Shown here one piece after another: positions 9,796 through 19,832 of a stretch of 32,000 bases of DNA (its first letter is position 1; every line of letters starts with the position of its first letter). The stretch is from Halalkalibacterium halodurans (GTDB lineage Bacteria > Bacillota > Bacilli > Bacillales > Bacillaceae_D). The notes under the pieces are model-generated. The model was not told the DNA's origin. It searched no databases and saw only the letters and a list, made by a program, of their open reading frames with translations. A program made the position numbers and the translations under genes. The stretch covers positions 30,001-62,000 of the forward strand of contig NZ_SNUY01000009.1 in NCBI RefSeq assembly GCF_004376175.1, read 5' to 3'.

Positions 9796-9832
9796 AGTAA
9801 CGGCTCCCTTGCCTTAGATGTTGATCGATTGT

Positions 9833-10801
<969 letters not shown>

Positions 10802-10958
10802 GATTTTTTTAAAGTAAACTCGGCGATTGCCGAGCCTTCTGCTACAGGAGCGCATGCCATAGTTGTACATGCAACTCTAACCTGCCTCCACTTACAGTCT
10901 GTCCATTTCCCAAAATGAACATTCTTCTTGATGACCCATACCACTACTGAATTTCATT

Positions 10959-10976
10959 ATGTGAAGTATTTCACAT
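10959..10976. promoter_or_regulatory. Rex box 2
   Basis: ATGTGAAGTATTTCACAT. Confidence 0.65.
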
Positions 10977-11016
10977 GAAAAGAGATAAAAACAAGTTTGA
11001 TAGCTCAATTCTTAAT

Positions 11017-11034
11017 TTGTGAACTATTTCACAT
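11017..11034. promoter_or_regulatory. Rex box 3
   Basis: TTGTGAACTATTTCACAT. Confidence 0.7.
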
Positions 11035-11249
11035 TTAAATTGTACTACAGCTTTTAGAAAACCGCAATATCATTTGTCGTACTAAATTTGTCTAAAAAAT
11101 GAAGAAGAACATACGTACTATGACAGGAAACACAATCAATAGTTTCCGTTTCAGTTGTCTTCCCCTTAGTTCGTGATTATTAAAAATTGCCTTCGAGCCA
11201 GTTGAATTTTATTTCAAGAGGTCATATTAGAACAAAAAATAAACAATAA

Positions 11250-11549
11250 TTAAAGCTGCTTTCGTTTGTAATAGTACGCATAACATAGAATGAGCGTCAT
11301 GATAAACGTAGCTGCAACAATATAGACACCGTCCCAATCATTGGAGCTTCCAGTTAGGACCCACACTTCAAAAGGGATGAGAATTAGACATCCCAGCAGT
11401 AGAAGGCCCCATGGCATCATATGAAGTGTTTGTTTGATTTCCTTTCCCATCGATGAAGGCTTCTTTTTTTCAATGGAAATGATGTTATTAAGAACAACGA
11501 TCATTGTAATGACAGCACTGACAAGTAATACAACATTCATGGTTTCCAC
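11250..11549 (-). CDS. Hypothetical small membrane protein (99 aa, about 3 TM)
   Basis: AAGGAGTGG RBS lies 5 nt upstream of the ATG. The translation has clear hydrophobic helices. Confidence 0.6.
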   Translation of the reverse strand: METMNVVLLVSAVITMIVVLNNIISIEKKKPSSMGKEIKQTLHMMPWGLLLLGCLILIPFEVWVLTGSSNDWDGVYIVAATFIMTLILCYAYYYKRKQL

Positions 11550-11872
11550 TCCTTAAGGTACGATTTAAGATTCCCTTACTTTGATGACACGTTCTTTTTT
11601 TTAACTTGTCACCGATCTCCTCCGTTTTCTCGGTACGGTAATCCGTGGTGAAAAATGAGCAACCGGCCCCTTCCGAGCATGATCTTTTATAAGTACGAGA
11701 TAAACAGATCAGAAGATTCAGATGAATAGAATAAAATTCCTATCCTCATATAAAAATCTGCTCATGATAGGGTCATTGATTTTCGTTTGTGTCCTATCAT
11801 GATCATACTACCTATTCTGGTTTTTTTCACCAATAAATGAGGGAAACTTAATGACAGCTGCTCAAATAATGC

Positions 11873-11894
11873 AAAAAACCCGCCAATTGGCGAG
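11873..11894 (-). terminator. Intrinsic terminator of selO
   Basis: On the minus strand, CTCGCC-AATT-GGCGGG is followed by TTTTTTG. Confidence 0.7.
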
Positions 11895-11907
11895 TTTTGC
11901 ACTGGTC

Positions 11908-13386
11908 TTACGTTCCGCAATAAGTGCGGTACGGATTCGCGCAAGGAGCAGGAAGTTTGGCGTACGCCTTTTGTTCAGGGGAATGGGCAAATGGATTGGT
12001 CAGCACTTTGAGGAGCCGTTCCATCACTTGATAGTCTCCTTGTTCAACCGCGGCCTCCAAAGCCTCTTCTACCCGATGGTTCCGAGGAATCACCGCTGGA
12101 TTACTCATTTTCATCAAGTTATGAGAATCATCTTTCGTTTGTTCCTGTCTCCCTAATCGAGCCTGCCATCGCTCATGCCATTCCGTGAATTCGAGTTTGT
12201 CGTGCAAGCCCGTCTCTTCCTGTTCATCGAACGTGAGCGCGCGGAACGTATTCGTAAAGTCTGCCTTATGCTTGTGCATTACTTCGAGCAGATCTTTTAT
12301 GAGGGACAGGTCCTCGGATTCTTCGTTGAACAAACCGAGCTTAGCTCTCATTCCATTCAGCCAATGGTGCTCAAACTGCTCCGCGTAATTGGAAATTTCC
12401 GCCTCGGCCAGCTTGATCGCTTCGTCCTGATCATCGGCCAACAGCGGCAAAAGAGCCTCTGCAAAACGGGCAAGGTTCCACGCCCCGATCCGCGGTTGAT
12501 TGCCATACGCATAACGACCACGCGTATCAATCGAGCTGAAAACCGTTTCCGGATCGTACACATCCATGAAAGCACAAGGGCCATAGTCAATCGTTTCCCC
12601 GCTAATCGTCATGTTGTCTGTGTTCATCACACCATGAATAAAGCCGACAAGCTGCCATTTGGCGATCAGTTCAGCCTGACGCTTGATCACTTCCTGTAGC
12701 AAGGCGAGATAACGGTTTTCGCAATCGGCTTCAACTTCTGGGAAATGCCGCGCCAACGTGTAGTCAGCCAGTGCTTTAAGCTCTTCCTCCGACCCTGCAT
12801 TGGCAGCGAATTGGAACGTGCCGACCCGTATATGACTAGCGGCCACCCGGGTAAGAATCGCGCCCGGAAGCACCGTTTCCCGGAAGACAGATTCACCGGT
12901 TGTCACAACTGCCAGGCTACGCGTTGTCGGAATCCCAAGGGCGTGCATTGCTTCACTTATGATGTACTCTCGCAGCATCGGTCCAAGAGCCGCTCGGCCA
13001 TCTCCTTGCCTTGAATAAGGCGTACGCCCCGATCCTTTTAGCTGAATATCAAATCGCTCTCCATTTGGCGTAATCTGTTCCCCGAGAAGGATCGCTCGGC
13101 CGTCCCCTAACATCGTAAAATGGCCAAATTGATGGCCAGCGTATGCTTGCGCAAGAGGAGCAGCACCCTTCGGCACCTCGTTGCCAGCAAGCACGGCGAT
13201 ACTGTTTTGATGTTGCAGCGCAACTGGATCCAATCCGAGTGATTGAGCTAGACTATCGTTCAGAATGACCAGCTTCGGCGCCTCCACAGGCTCTGGTTCA
13301 ACATTTGAAAACATCATGGATGGCAGATCGGTATAGCGAGTATCGAAACTCCAACCTACTTCCAGCGTTCCTTTATTTTCAGTCAT
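11908..13386 (-). CDS. selO: Protein adenylyltransferase SelO (YdiU/UPF0061 family)
   Basis: 492 aa with [23 protein letters not shown] and GVMNTDNM blocks typical of SelO pseudokinases. AAAGGAGA RBS precedes it. Confidence 0.9.
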   Translation of the reverse strand: MTENKGTLEVGWSFDTRYTDLPSMMFSNVEPEPVEAPKLVILNDSLAQSLGLDPVALQHQNSIAVLAGNEVPKGAAPLAQAYAGHQFGHFTMLGDGRAILLGEQITPNGERFDIQLKGSGRTPYSRQGDGRAALGPMLREYIISEAMHALGIPTTRSLAVVTTGESVFRETVLPGAILTRVAASHIRVGTFQFAANAGSEEELKALADYTLARHFPEVEADCENRYLALLQEVIKRQAELIAKWQLVGFIHGVMNTDNMTISGETIDYGPCAFMDVYDPETVFSSIDTRGRYAYGNQPRIGAWNLARFAEALLPLLADDQDEAIKLAEAEISNYAEQFEHHWLNGMRAKLGLFNEESEDLSLIKDLLEVMHKHKADFTNTFRALTFDEQEETGLHDKLEFTEWHERWQARLGRQEQTKDDSHNLMKMSNPAVIPRNHRVEEALEAAVEQGDYQVMERLLKVLTNPFAHSPEQKAYAKLPAPCANPYRTYCGT

Positions 13387-13485
13387 CCGTATCTCCTTTC
13401 GTTTACATCTTTCCTCAGCGCTTTTTTAGCGTGTACGTCTATAGGGTCATTATACCACTGGGCGAGCATTACTATTGATAAATTG

Positions 13486-13520
13486 AAAAAGCCAAACTCC
13501 TCATTTTGAGGAACTTGGCT
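13486..13520 (-). terminator. Intrinsic terminator of the rocD-gdh-rocA operon
   Basis: On the minus strand, an AGCCAAGTTCCTCA...TGAGGAGTTTGGCT stem is followed by TTTTTC. Confidence 0.75.
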
Positions 13521-13529
13521 TATGACTCC

Positions 13530-15077
13530 TTAATACATTTCGGAGACGGTTTTTGCTTGCATATGAAGGGCCAAATAATCAGGTCCTCCAGCTTTTGAAT
13601 CGGTGCCTGACATTTTAAAGCCGCCGAATGGGTGGTAGCCGACAATCGCGCCTGTGCAATTCCGGTTAAAGTATAGATTTCCGACATGGAAGTCTCGCTT
13701 CGCTTTTTCGATATGGTGACGGTTCGTTGTAATGACAGCGCCTGTCAGACCGTACTCGGTATTATTGGCGATTTCTAGCGCATGATCAAAATCCCTTGCC
13801 TTACTGAAGGCAACGACTGGACCGAAAATCTCTTCCTGCATGATTCGCGCATGGGGATCTACGTCAGCAAAGATCGTCGGTTGAATGAAGAAGCCTTTTG
13901 AATCATCTCCTTCACCTCCGACCATCAATCGGCCTTCCTCTTTCCCCACTTCGATATAGCTCATGATTTTCGAAAAAGCCCCTTGATCGACGACAGGTCC
14001 CATATAGACGTCAGGTGCCGTCGGTTCGCCTACTGAGAGTTGTTTCGTGAGGGCCACGGCCTTCTCTAACACAACATCATAGACGTCTTGATGGATGACA
14101 GCTCTCGAACCTGCAGAACATTTTTGTCCAGAAAAGCCGAAGGCCGAGGTCACGATCGATTGAGCAGCTAAATCGAGATCGGCATCCTTATCGACAACAA
14201 CGGTATCTTTTCCTCCCATCTCTACAATGACGCGCTTCAAATGCTGTTGACCTGGATGAACAACCGCTGCCCTTTCATAAAGCCGGACTCCCACGTCACG
14301 CGAACCGGTAAATGTGATCAAGCTTGTTTTTGGATGATCGATCAAGTAGTCACCGATGTCTGTTCCACTTCCTGGGACGAAGTTGACCACACCCTTTGGC
14401 AAACCTGCTTCTTCAAGAACTTCGACGAACTTTGCGGCGACAACAGGGGTCGTGCTAGCTGGTTTCAGTAAGACGGTGTTCCCTGTTACAATTGGCGCTA
14501 CCGTCGTTCCAGCCATAATCGCCAAGGCGAAATTCCAAGGTGAGATTGTCACACATACCCCGATCGGTGTATAGAAGTAGCGATTATGCTCACCCTCGCG
14601 ACTATTGACTGGCTTTCCATCCTTTAGCGTAATCATTTGCCGGGCGTAGTACTCTAAAAAGTCGATCGCTTCCGCTGTGTCTGCATCGGCTTCTTTCCAA
14701 GGCTTACCCGCTTCTTTCACGAGCCATGCCGAAAACTCATGCTTTCTCCGGCGAATGATCGCGGCCGCTCTGATTAAGATGTTCGCTCGCTCTTCAGGAT
14801 TGACGTTTTTCCACGTATGAAATGCCGTCTCTGCCGATTTAAATGCATCATCTACTATCTCGCGACTTGCTTTTGAGACGACGCCGATCACTTGCTCTTT
14901 CATGGCAGGATTCACGGAAACGATTTTATCATCGGTCGTCACACGTTCCCCATTGATCACTAACGGGTAGTCTTTCCCTAATTCCCCTTCAACGTTCTTT
15001 AAGGCAGCCTCAAACGCGCTGCGGTTTTCTTCTACACTAAAATCTGTAAACGGTTCATGCTTATAAGGTGTTAACAT
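13530..15077 (-). CDS. rocA: 1-pyrroline-5-carboxylate (L-glutamate gamma-semialdehyde) dehydrogenase
   Basis: 515 aa. It is near-collinear with my recollection of B. subtilis RocA ([44 protein letters not shown]). Confidence 0.95.
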   Translation of the reverse strand: MLTPYKHEPFTDFSVEENRSAFEAALKNVEGELGKDYPLVINGERVTTDDKIVSVNPAMKEQVIGVVSKASREIVDDAFKSAETAFHTWKNVNPEERANILIRAAAIIRRRKHEFSAWLVKEAGKPWKEADADTAEAIDFLEYYARQMITLKDGKPVNSREGEHNRYFYTPIGVCVTISPWNFALAIMAGTTVAPIVTGNTVLLKPASTTPVVAAKFVEVLEEAGLPKGVVNFVPGSGTDIGDYLIDHPKTSLITFTGSRDVGVRLYERAAVVHPGQQHLKRVIVEMGGKDTVVVDKDADLDLAAQSIVTSAFGFSGQKCSAGSRAVIHQDVYDVVLEKAVALTKQLSVGEPTAPDVYMGPVVDQGAFSKIMSYIEVGKEEGRLMVGGEGDDSKGFFIQPTIFADVDPHARIMQEEIFGPVVAFSKARDFDHALEIANNTEYGLTGAVITTNRHHIEKAKRDFHVGNLYFNRNCTGAIVGYHPFGGFKMSGTDSKAGGPDYLALHMQAKTVSEMY

Positions 15078-15104
15078 TCTCTTGCCTCCATTACTGATAA
15101 TTGA

Positions 15105-15356
15105 TCAATCACAAGGAGCAGGTTTCCGATCTTCTTCGACGATGGCGAGTGTCATATCTGAGATCACTTGATCTCCAGGTGCCACCTTGACGGTAGAAAT
15201 GAAGCCTCTAACCCCTAGTTCGACCTTTTTCATCGCACCACCATTTGTCTCTATGAGAAATAGTGGCTCCCATTCGTGTACATAATCGCCTTCACGGACT
15301 AAGACTTTCTGAACGACACCGGTAGAATCACTTGCAATCGCACGATAACTTGTCAT
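15105..15356 (-). CDS. Small (83 aa) biotinyl/lipoyl-attachment-like domain protein
   Basis: GVVQKVLVREGDYVHEWEPLFLIE..GAMKKVEL..GFISTVKVAPGDQVISDMTLAIV follows the two-fold hybrid-barrel pattern, with AMKK where AMKM is canonical. Its TAGGAGG RBS overlaps the gdh stop codon. Confidence 0.65.
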   Translation of the reverse strand: MTSYRAIASDSTGVVQKVLVREGDYVHEWEPLFLIETNGGAMKKVELGVRGFISTVKVAPGDQVISDMTLAIVEEDRKPAPCD

Positions 15357-15368
15357 GACCTGCGCCTC

Positions 15369-16643
15369 CTAAATCCAGCCCCGGAATCTTGAAGCTTCTG
15401 CTGTTTTTCGTACGCCAACCATATAGGCCGCCAAACGAGGGTCAACGTTGTAACGCGTCGCTGTTTCCACTACTTGATGAAACGCCTCAACGATTTTACT
15501 TCTAAGTTTCTCGGACACTTCTTCTTCCGACCAATAATAACCTAAATTGTTCTGTACCCATTCAAAATACGAAACGGTGACACCACCAGAGCTTGCAAGC
15601 ACGTCAGGCACAATTAAGACACCGCGCTCGGTTAAAATATTTGATGCTTCAGTCGTTGTTGGGCCATTCGCCGCCTCTACAATGATTGAAGCTTTGATTT
15701 CGCGAGCATTTGCCTCTGTAATTTGGTTAGCAATCGCTGCTGGAACGAGAATGTCGCACTTTTTTTCTAATAGCTCTTCGTTTGTTATGGTGTTTTTAAA
15801 TAACGTCGTCACGGTGCCAAATGAATCGCGGCGATCAAGCAAATACTCAATATCTAAGCCTGTTTCATCATAGAGCGCCCCATACGCATCGGAAATGCCA
15901 ATGATTTTCGCCCCGCGATCGCTCAAGGTTTTGGCTAAGTAGCCTCCTGCATTACCAAAGCCTTGGATAATAACGGTGGCCTCCCGTAAATCCAGCTGTT
16001 TCAGCTTGGCTGCCTCTTCAATGCAAATTGTGACCCCCATGGCTGTTGCTGTTTCCCGTCCGTGGGAGCCGCCGAGCACGATCGGCTTACCTGTAATGAA
16101 CCCAGGTGAATCAAACTCTCGAATCCGGCTATACTCATCCACCATCCACGCCATAATTTGCGAGTTCGTAAATACGTCAGGTGCCGGAATGTCCTTAGAT
16201 GGCCCGACGATTTGACTGATCGCTCTTACGTACCCTCTGCTTAACCGCTCGATTTCGGGAAATGACATCGTTCGCGGATCACATACGATCCCGCCTTTCC
16301 CACCACCGTACGGAATGTTAACGATTCCGCATTTTAACGTCATCCATAACGAGAGCGCCTTCACTTCATCGGCTGTCACTTCCGGATGGAAGCGAACGCC
16401 CCCTTTTGTCGGCCCAACCGCATCATTGTGTTGCGCGCGATAGCCAGTAAACACTTTGACGGTCCCGTCGTCCATCCGCACAGGGATTCGAACCGTTAGC
16501 ATTCGCACCGGCTCCTTGAGCAACTCGAACATTCCCTCTTCATAGCCTAGCTTCCCTAACGCTTGTTGAATCACATCTTGCGTTGACGATAGAATGCTAG
16601 ACTCTTTTCCTTTTTCTGCAATGGCCCCCATTTGTCTGTTCAC
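15369..16643 (-). CDS. rocG: NAD-specific glutamate dehydrogenase (RocG/GudB type)
   Basis: 424 aa with GPTKGGVRFHP, KCGIVNIPYGGGKGG and GFGNAG. There is a single VKA near the active site, so the B. subtilis 168 gudB-type duplication is absent. Confidence 0.95.
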   Translation of the reverse strand: MNRQMGAIAEKGKESSILSSTQDVIQQALGKLGYEEGMFELLKEPVRMLTVRIPVRMDDGTVKVFTGYRAQHNDAVGPTKGGVRFHPEVTADEVKALSLWMTLKCGIVNIPYGGGKGGIVCDPRTMSFPEIERLSRGYVRAISQIVGPSKDIPAPDVFTNSQIMAWMVDEYSRIREFDSPGFITGKPIVLGGSHGRETATAMGVTICIEEAAKLKQLDLREATVIIQGFGNAGGYLAKTLSDRGAKIIGISDAYGALYDETGLDIEYLLDRRDSFGTVTTLFKNTITNEELLEKKCDILVPAAIANQITEANAREIKASIIVEAANGPTTTEASNILTERGVLIVPDVLASSGGVTVSYFEWVQNNLGYYWSEEEVSEKLRSKIVEAFHQVVETATRYNVDPRLAAYMVGVRKTAEASRFRGWI

Positions 16644-16644
16644 C

Positions 16645-17847
16645 TCATGGTTTTAACACGTGATAAATTTTTTCAATCGCCCAATCTAGATCTTCTTTAC
16701 TGATCACTAATGGTGGAGCGAAGCGAATGACAGTTTCATGTGTCTCTTTACATAAAAGTCCTTCTTCTTTCAACTGTTCACAATATTTACGCGCAGGCTC
16801 GTGTAACTCGACACCGATAAATAAACCTCTCCCACGGACGTCTTTAATGATCGGGTTATCAATCTCTTTTAATTTCGTTAACAAGTAATTTCCATACTCA
16901 TAGGAACGCTCGACTAGCTTTTCCTCTTCAAGAACCTCTAGAGCAGCAATTGACACAGCACAAGCGAGCGGATTCCCACCAAACGTGGAACCGTGAGATC
17001 CAGGCTCAAAGACACCGAGAATGTCGCGATCGGCACATACGACGGAAATTGGGAATACCCCGCCACCGAGTGCTTTCCCTAAAATATACATGTCTGGCTT
17101 CACATCTTCCCAGTCACACGCGAACCATTTCCCAGAACGTCCAAGCCCTGATTGAATTTCGTCCGCAATAAACAAGACGTTTTCTCGCTTACATAATGCA
17201 TACGCCTCCTTTAAGAAGCCTTCCTGAGGAATTCGAATGCCCGCTTCCCCTTGAATCGGCTCGACTAAAAACGCAGCCGTGTGACTAGTGATCGCCGCTT
17301 TTAGCGCTTCTAAATCGCCGTAAGGGATCACTTTAATCCCAGGAAGCATTGGGCCGAATCCTCGCTTGTACTCGTCATTTGAAGAAAGGGAGACGGCCGT
17401 CATCGTCCGTCCATGAAAATTGTCTTCACAAACGATGATTTCGGCTTGATTATCAGGCACACCCTTCACATCGTAAGCCCAACGACGCGCTGCTTTTACA
17501 GCTGTTTCGACAGCCTCCGCACCTGTATTCATCGGCAAAAGCATGTTTTTCCCCGTTAGCTTAGATACCTTCTCATAAAAAGGTGCAAGTTGATCGTTAT
17601 GAAATGCTCTCGAGGTTAATGTAATTTTATCGGCTTGATCTTTTAATGCTTGGATAATTTTCGGGTGACAATGCCCTTGATTCACAGCAGAATACGCACT
17701 TAACATATCAAGGTATTTTCTCCCTTCAGGGTCTTTCACCCAAACTCCTTTTGCTTCTGAAATGACAATTGGAAGCGGGTGATAATTTTTTGCCCCGTAC
17801 TTTTCCGTCTTCTCAATGACAGCAGATGTTGACGATTGCATTTTCAT
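16645..17847 (-). CDS. rocD: Ornithine aminotransferase
   Basis: It matches recalled B. subtilis RocD strongly ([39 protein letters not shown]). ATG 17847 lies 7 nt after GGGGGAG. The ORF track starts two codons earlier at a TTG. Confidence 0.95.
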   Translation of the reverse strand: MKMQSSTSAVIEKTEKYGAKNYHPLPIVISEAKGVWVKDPEGRKYLDMLSAYSAVNQGHCHPKIIQALKDQADKITLTSRAFHNDQLAPFYEKVSKLTGKNMLLPMNTGAEAVETAVKAARRWAYDVKGVPDNQAEIIVCEDNFHGRTMTAVSLSSNDEYKRGFGPMLPGIKVIPYGDLEALKAAITSHTAAFLVEPIQGEAGIRIPQEGFLKEAYALCKRENVLFIADEIQSGLGRSGKWFACDWEDVKPDMYILGKALGGGVFPISVVCADRDILGVFEPGSHGSTFGGNPLACAVSIAALEVLEEEKLVERSYEYGNYLLTKLKEIDNPIIKDVRGRGLFIGVELHEPARKYCEQLKEEGLLCKETHETVIRFAPPLVISKEDLDWAIEKIYHVLKP

Positions 17848-17891
17848 GTTCAATCTCCCCCTTAAATCAGATGACTTCTACTAATAATCAA

Positions 17892-17907
17892 TGCAAATCC
17901 TGTGCCA
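17892..17907 (-). promoter_or_regulatory. Sigma-54 (-24/-12) promoter of the rocD operon
   Basis: The minus strand reads TGGCACAGGATTTGCA, matching TGGCAC-N5-TTGCA. It lies about 45 nt upstream of the rocD ATG. Confidence 0.85.
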
Positions 17908-17979
17908 ACTTTATAAACCACGATGTTTCACGTGGAACGAAAAAGAAATGTTCTTTTGCTCATTATTTTGGCGATATGA

Positions 17980-17996
17980 GCGAAAAACTTTTTGGC
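17980..17996. promoter_or_regulatory. Candidate RocR enhancer (UAS) palindrome
   Basis: GCGAAAAACTTTTTGGC has half-sites GCGAAAAA / GCCAAAAA. It lies about 75-90 bp upstream of the -24 element. A related element is found upstream of rocF. Confidence 0.4.
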
Positions 17997-18002
17997 AGTC
18001 TT

Positions 18003-18018
18003 CGAAAAATTATTTTTC
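18003..18018. promoter_or_regulatory. Second A/T-tract near-palindrome adjacent to the candidate UAS
   Basis: CGAAAAATTATTTTTC. It may be a second RocR site or simply bent AT-rich DNA. Confidence 0.25.
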
Positions 18019-18057
18019 TTTATTTCTTAATCATAACCTATAAAACGAAAAAATAAT

Positions 18058-18086
18058 TTGCACCTTTTCCCTCCCTCGTTTAAAAT
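18058..18086 (+). promoter_or_regulatory. Sigma-A-type promoter of rocR
   Basis: TTGCAC, a 17-nt spacer, then TAAAAT. It lies about 30 nt upstream of the GGAGG RBS of rocR. Confidence 0.5.
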
Positions 18087-18118
18087 GAGGGCAAAATCGT
18101 TTACTTGGAGGACAAACA

Positions 18119-19557
18119 ATGGAACGAATCGGAAACCTCCCTCTGTCGCAGCAACGAATTATCTACGAAACGATCATGAATGAAATCGACGTTGGCATTC
18201 ATGTGATTGATACGTTCGGACAGACGATCATTTATAACAAAAAGATGATGGAAATTGAATCGCTGACAAAAGAGGATGTAGAGAACAAAGATTTTTTAGA
18301 CATCTTCATGTTTGAGGAAGGACAAGGTAGCACCTTATTAGAAGCACTCTACAAAAAGAAGCACTCTAAAGATGTAAAGCAAACGTATTTTAATAATAAA
18401 GGGAAAGAGATTACGACCATTAATAACACCTTCCCTCTCTATGAAAATGGCCAGGTGATCGGGGCGATCGAAATTTCGAAGGACGTTACGAAATTAGAGC
18501 GGCTCATTCGAAAAAACATGGAGAGTAAAGGCAATACCCGCTATACCTTTGACAGCATTATTGGAGAAAGCACGGCTATCCGTGAAGTAATTGAAAATAC
18601 AAAGCGAGCGACACGGACTGCTTCTTCCGTCCTCATCGTCGGCGAAACAGGGACGGGAAAAGAATTATTTGCCCAAAGCATTCACAATGGAAGCGATCGT
18701 TCCAAAGGGCCATTCATTTCACAAAACTGTGCCGCCATGCCGGAAACGTTAATAGAAAGCTTGTTATTCGGGACGAAAAAAGGCGCCTATACTGGGGCAA
18801 TTGAACGTCCCGGCTTATTTGAGGAAGCTGAGGGGGGCACATTGTTGCTTGATGAAATTAACTCTCTTAGCCCACCCCTACAAGCAAAGCTGTTACGGGC
18901 GATCAAGAAAAGCAAATTCGTCGTGTTGGGGACACGGTTGATCGCAAAGTGAACGTTCGGATTCTTTCCACGATTAACGAAGATCCAATTGAAGCAATCG
19001 CAAGCGGGCGTCTGCGAAAAGACTTGTATTACCGGCTAGGCGTGGTCACCCTCTTCATTCCTCCTTTGCGGGAACGGAAAGAGGACATTCTCCCTCTCGT
19101 TGACCATTTTATCGCAAAATACAATGAGCGGTTTCAAATGGAAGTGAAGGGGCTTAGCGATGAAGTCACACAATTACTCCTACAGTACGATTGGCCTGGA
19201 AACGTTCGCGAACTGGAGCACATCATTGAGGGCGCGATGAACCTGATGATCGGTGAGGACCTAATTGATGTGCGACATTTACCGTTCCACTTTCGCCAAA
19301 AATCACTTTCGGCTCCCCTCTCCTCGCAAATCACAAGCGTCTACGAAACAGCTACCTCTGACGCCATAGAGCACTCAGTTGAGGAACAACAGCCGTTACG
19401 AGACTTGAAAGATTATTTACTTGAAGCCGAAAAAATGTATATTAAAAAAGCGCTCGAACGAAACAAATACCATGTGACGAAGACCGCCGAAAAGCTAGGC
19501 TTAAGCCGGCAAAGCTTACAATATCGGATGAAGCGGTTAGGCATTAGCGCAAAGTAA
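18119..19557 (+). pseudogene. rocR: Sigma-54-dependent activator RocR (PAS, AAA+, HTH), interrupted by a 1-nt frameshift
   Basis: Two ORF-track pieces, 18119-18952 and 18949-19557. Walker A is GETGTGKE and Walker B is GTLLLDEI. The frame is then lost at about 18901-18906. LLRAI+KKSKFVV... should read [30 protein letters not shown], and that sequence is present in the -1 frame. Confidence 0.85.
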
Positions 19558-19805
19558 AAGGGACTGTCTCAAAAGTATATCTTTTTAAGGCAGCTTCTTT
19601 TCTCATTCTTTATAAATGGCGACTTGGCGGACGCTTTCACCACAGGCACAAGTGCAACATCAACTCACGCACACTTTGTTTGCATTCGTCGTGTTTTCTT
19701 TGCCGCGGTCAACCTGCGTATCACCCGAAAATGATGACGAAAACCCTATTGTACGGGTGGTTTTCTCGTCGTACGATCGCCAAGGCTTTTGACCAAACAC
19801 CTTCC

Positions 19806-19832
19806 AAGCTTGAGACGAACTCAAGCTTTTTT
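19806..19832 (+). terminator. Intrinsic terminator. The T-tract is on the plus strand and the hairpin abuts the nhaC-like stop.
   Basis: AAGCTTGAG-acgaa-CTCAAGCTT followed by TTTT. Confidence 0.75.

Noticed and set aside
12175-13014. Plus-strand ORFs (174 aa, 67 aa, 89 aa) and nested minus-strand ORFs inside selO
   Set aside because: They are antisense or alternate-frame shadows of a well-supported 492-aa SelO gene. The same reasoning applies to the nested ORFs inside the UbiD gene, lctP, rocA, gdh, rocD, the nhaC-like gene, the yjiH-like gene, rocF, bdhA and the polyamine genes.
18895-18955. Programmed -1 frameshift in rocR
   Set aside because: There is no slippery heptamer and no downstream stimulatory structure at the break. 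The break falls inside a conserved AAA+ block. A simple 1-nt deletion, or a sequencing error, is the parsimonious explanation.
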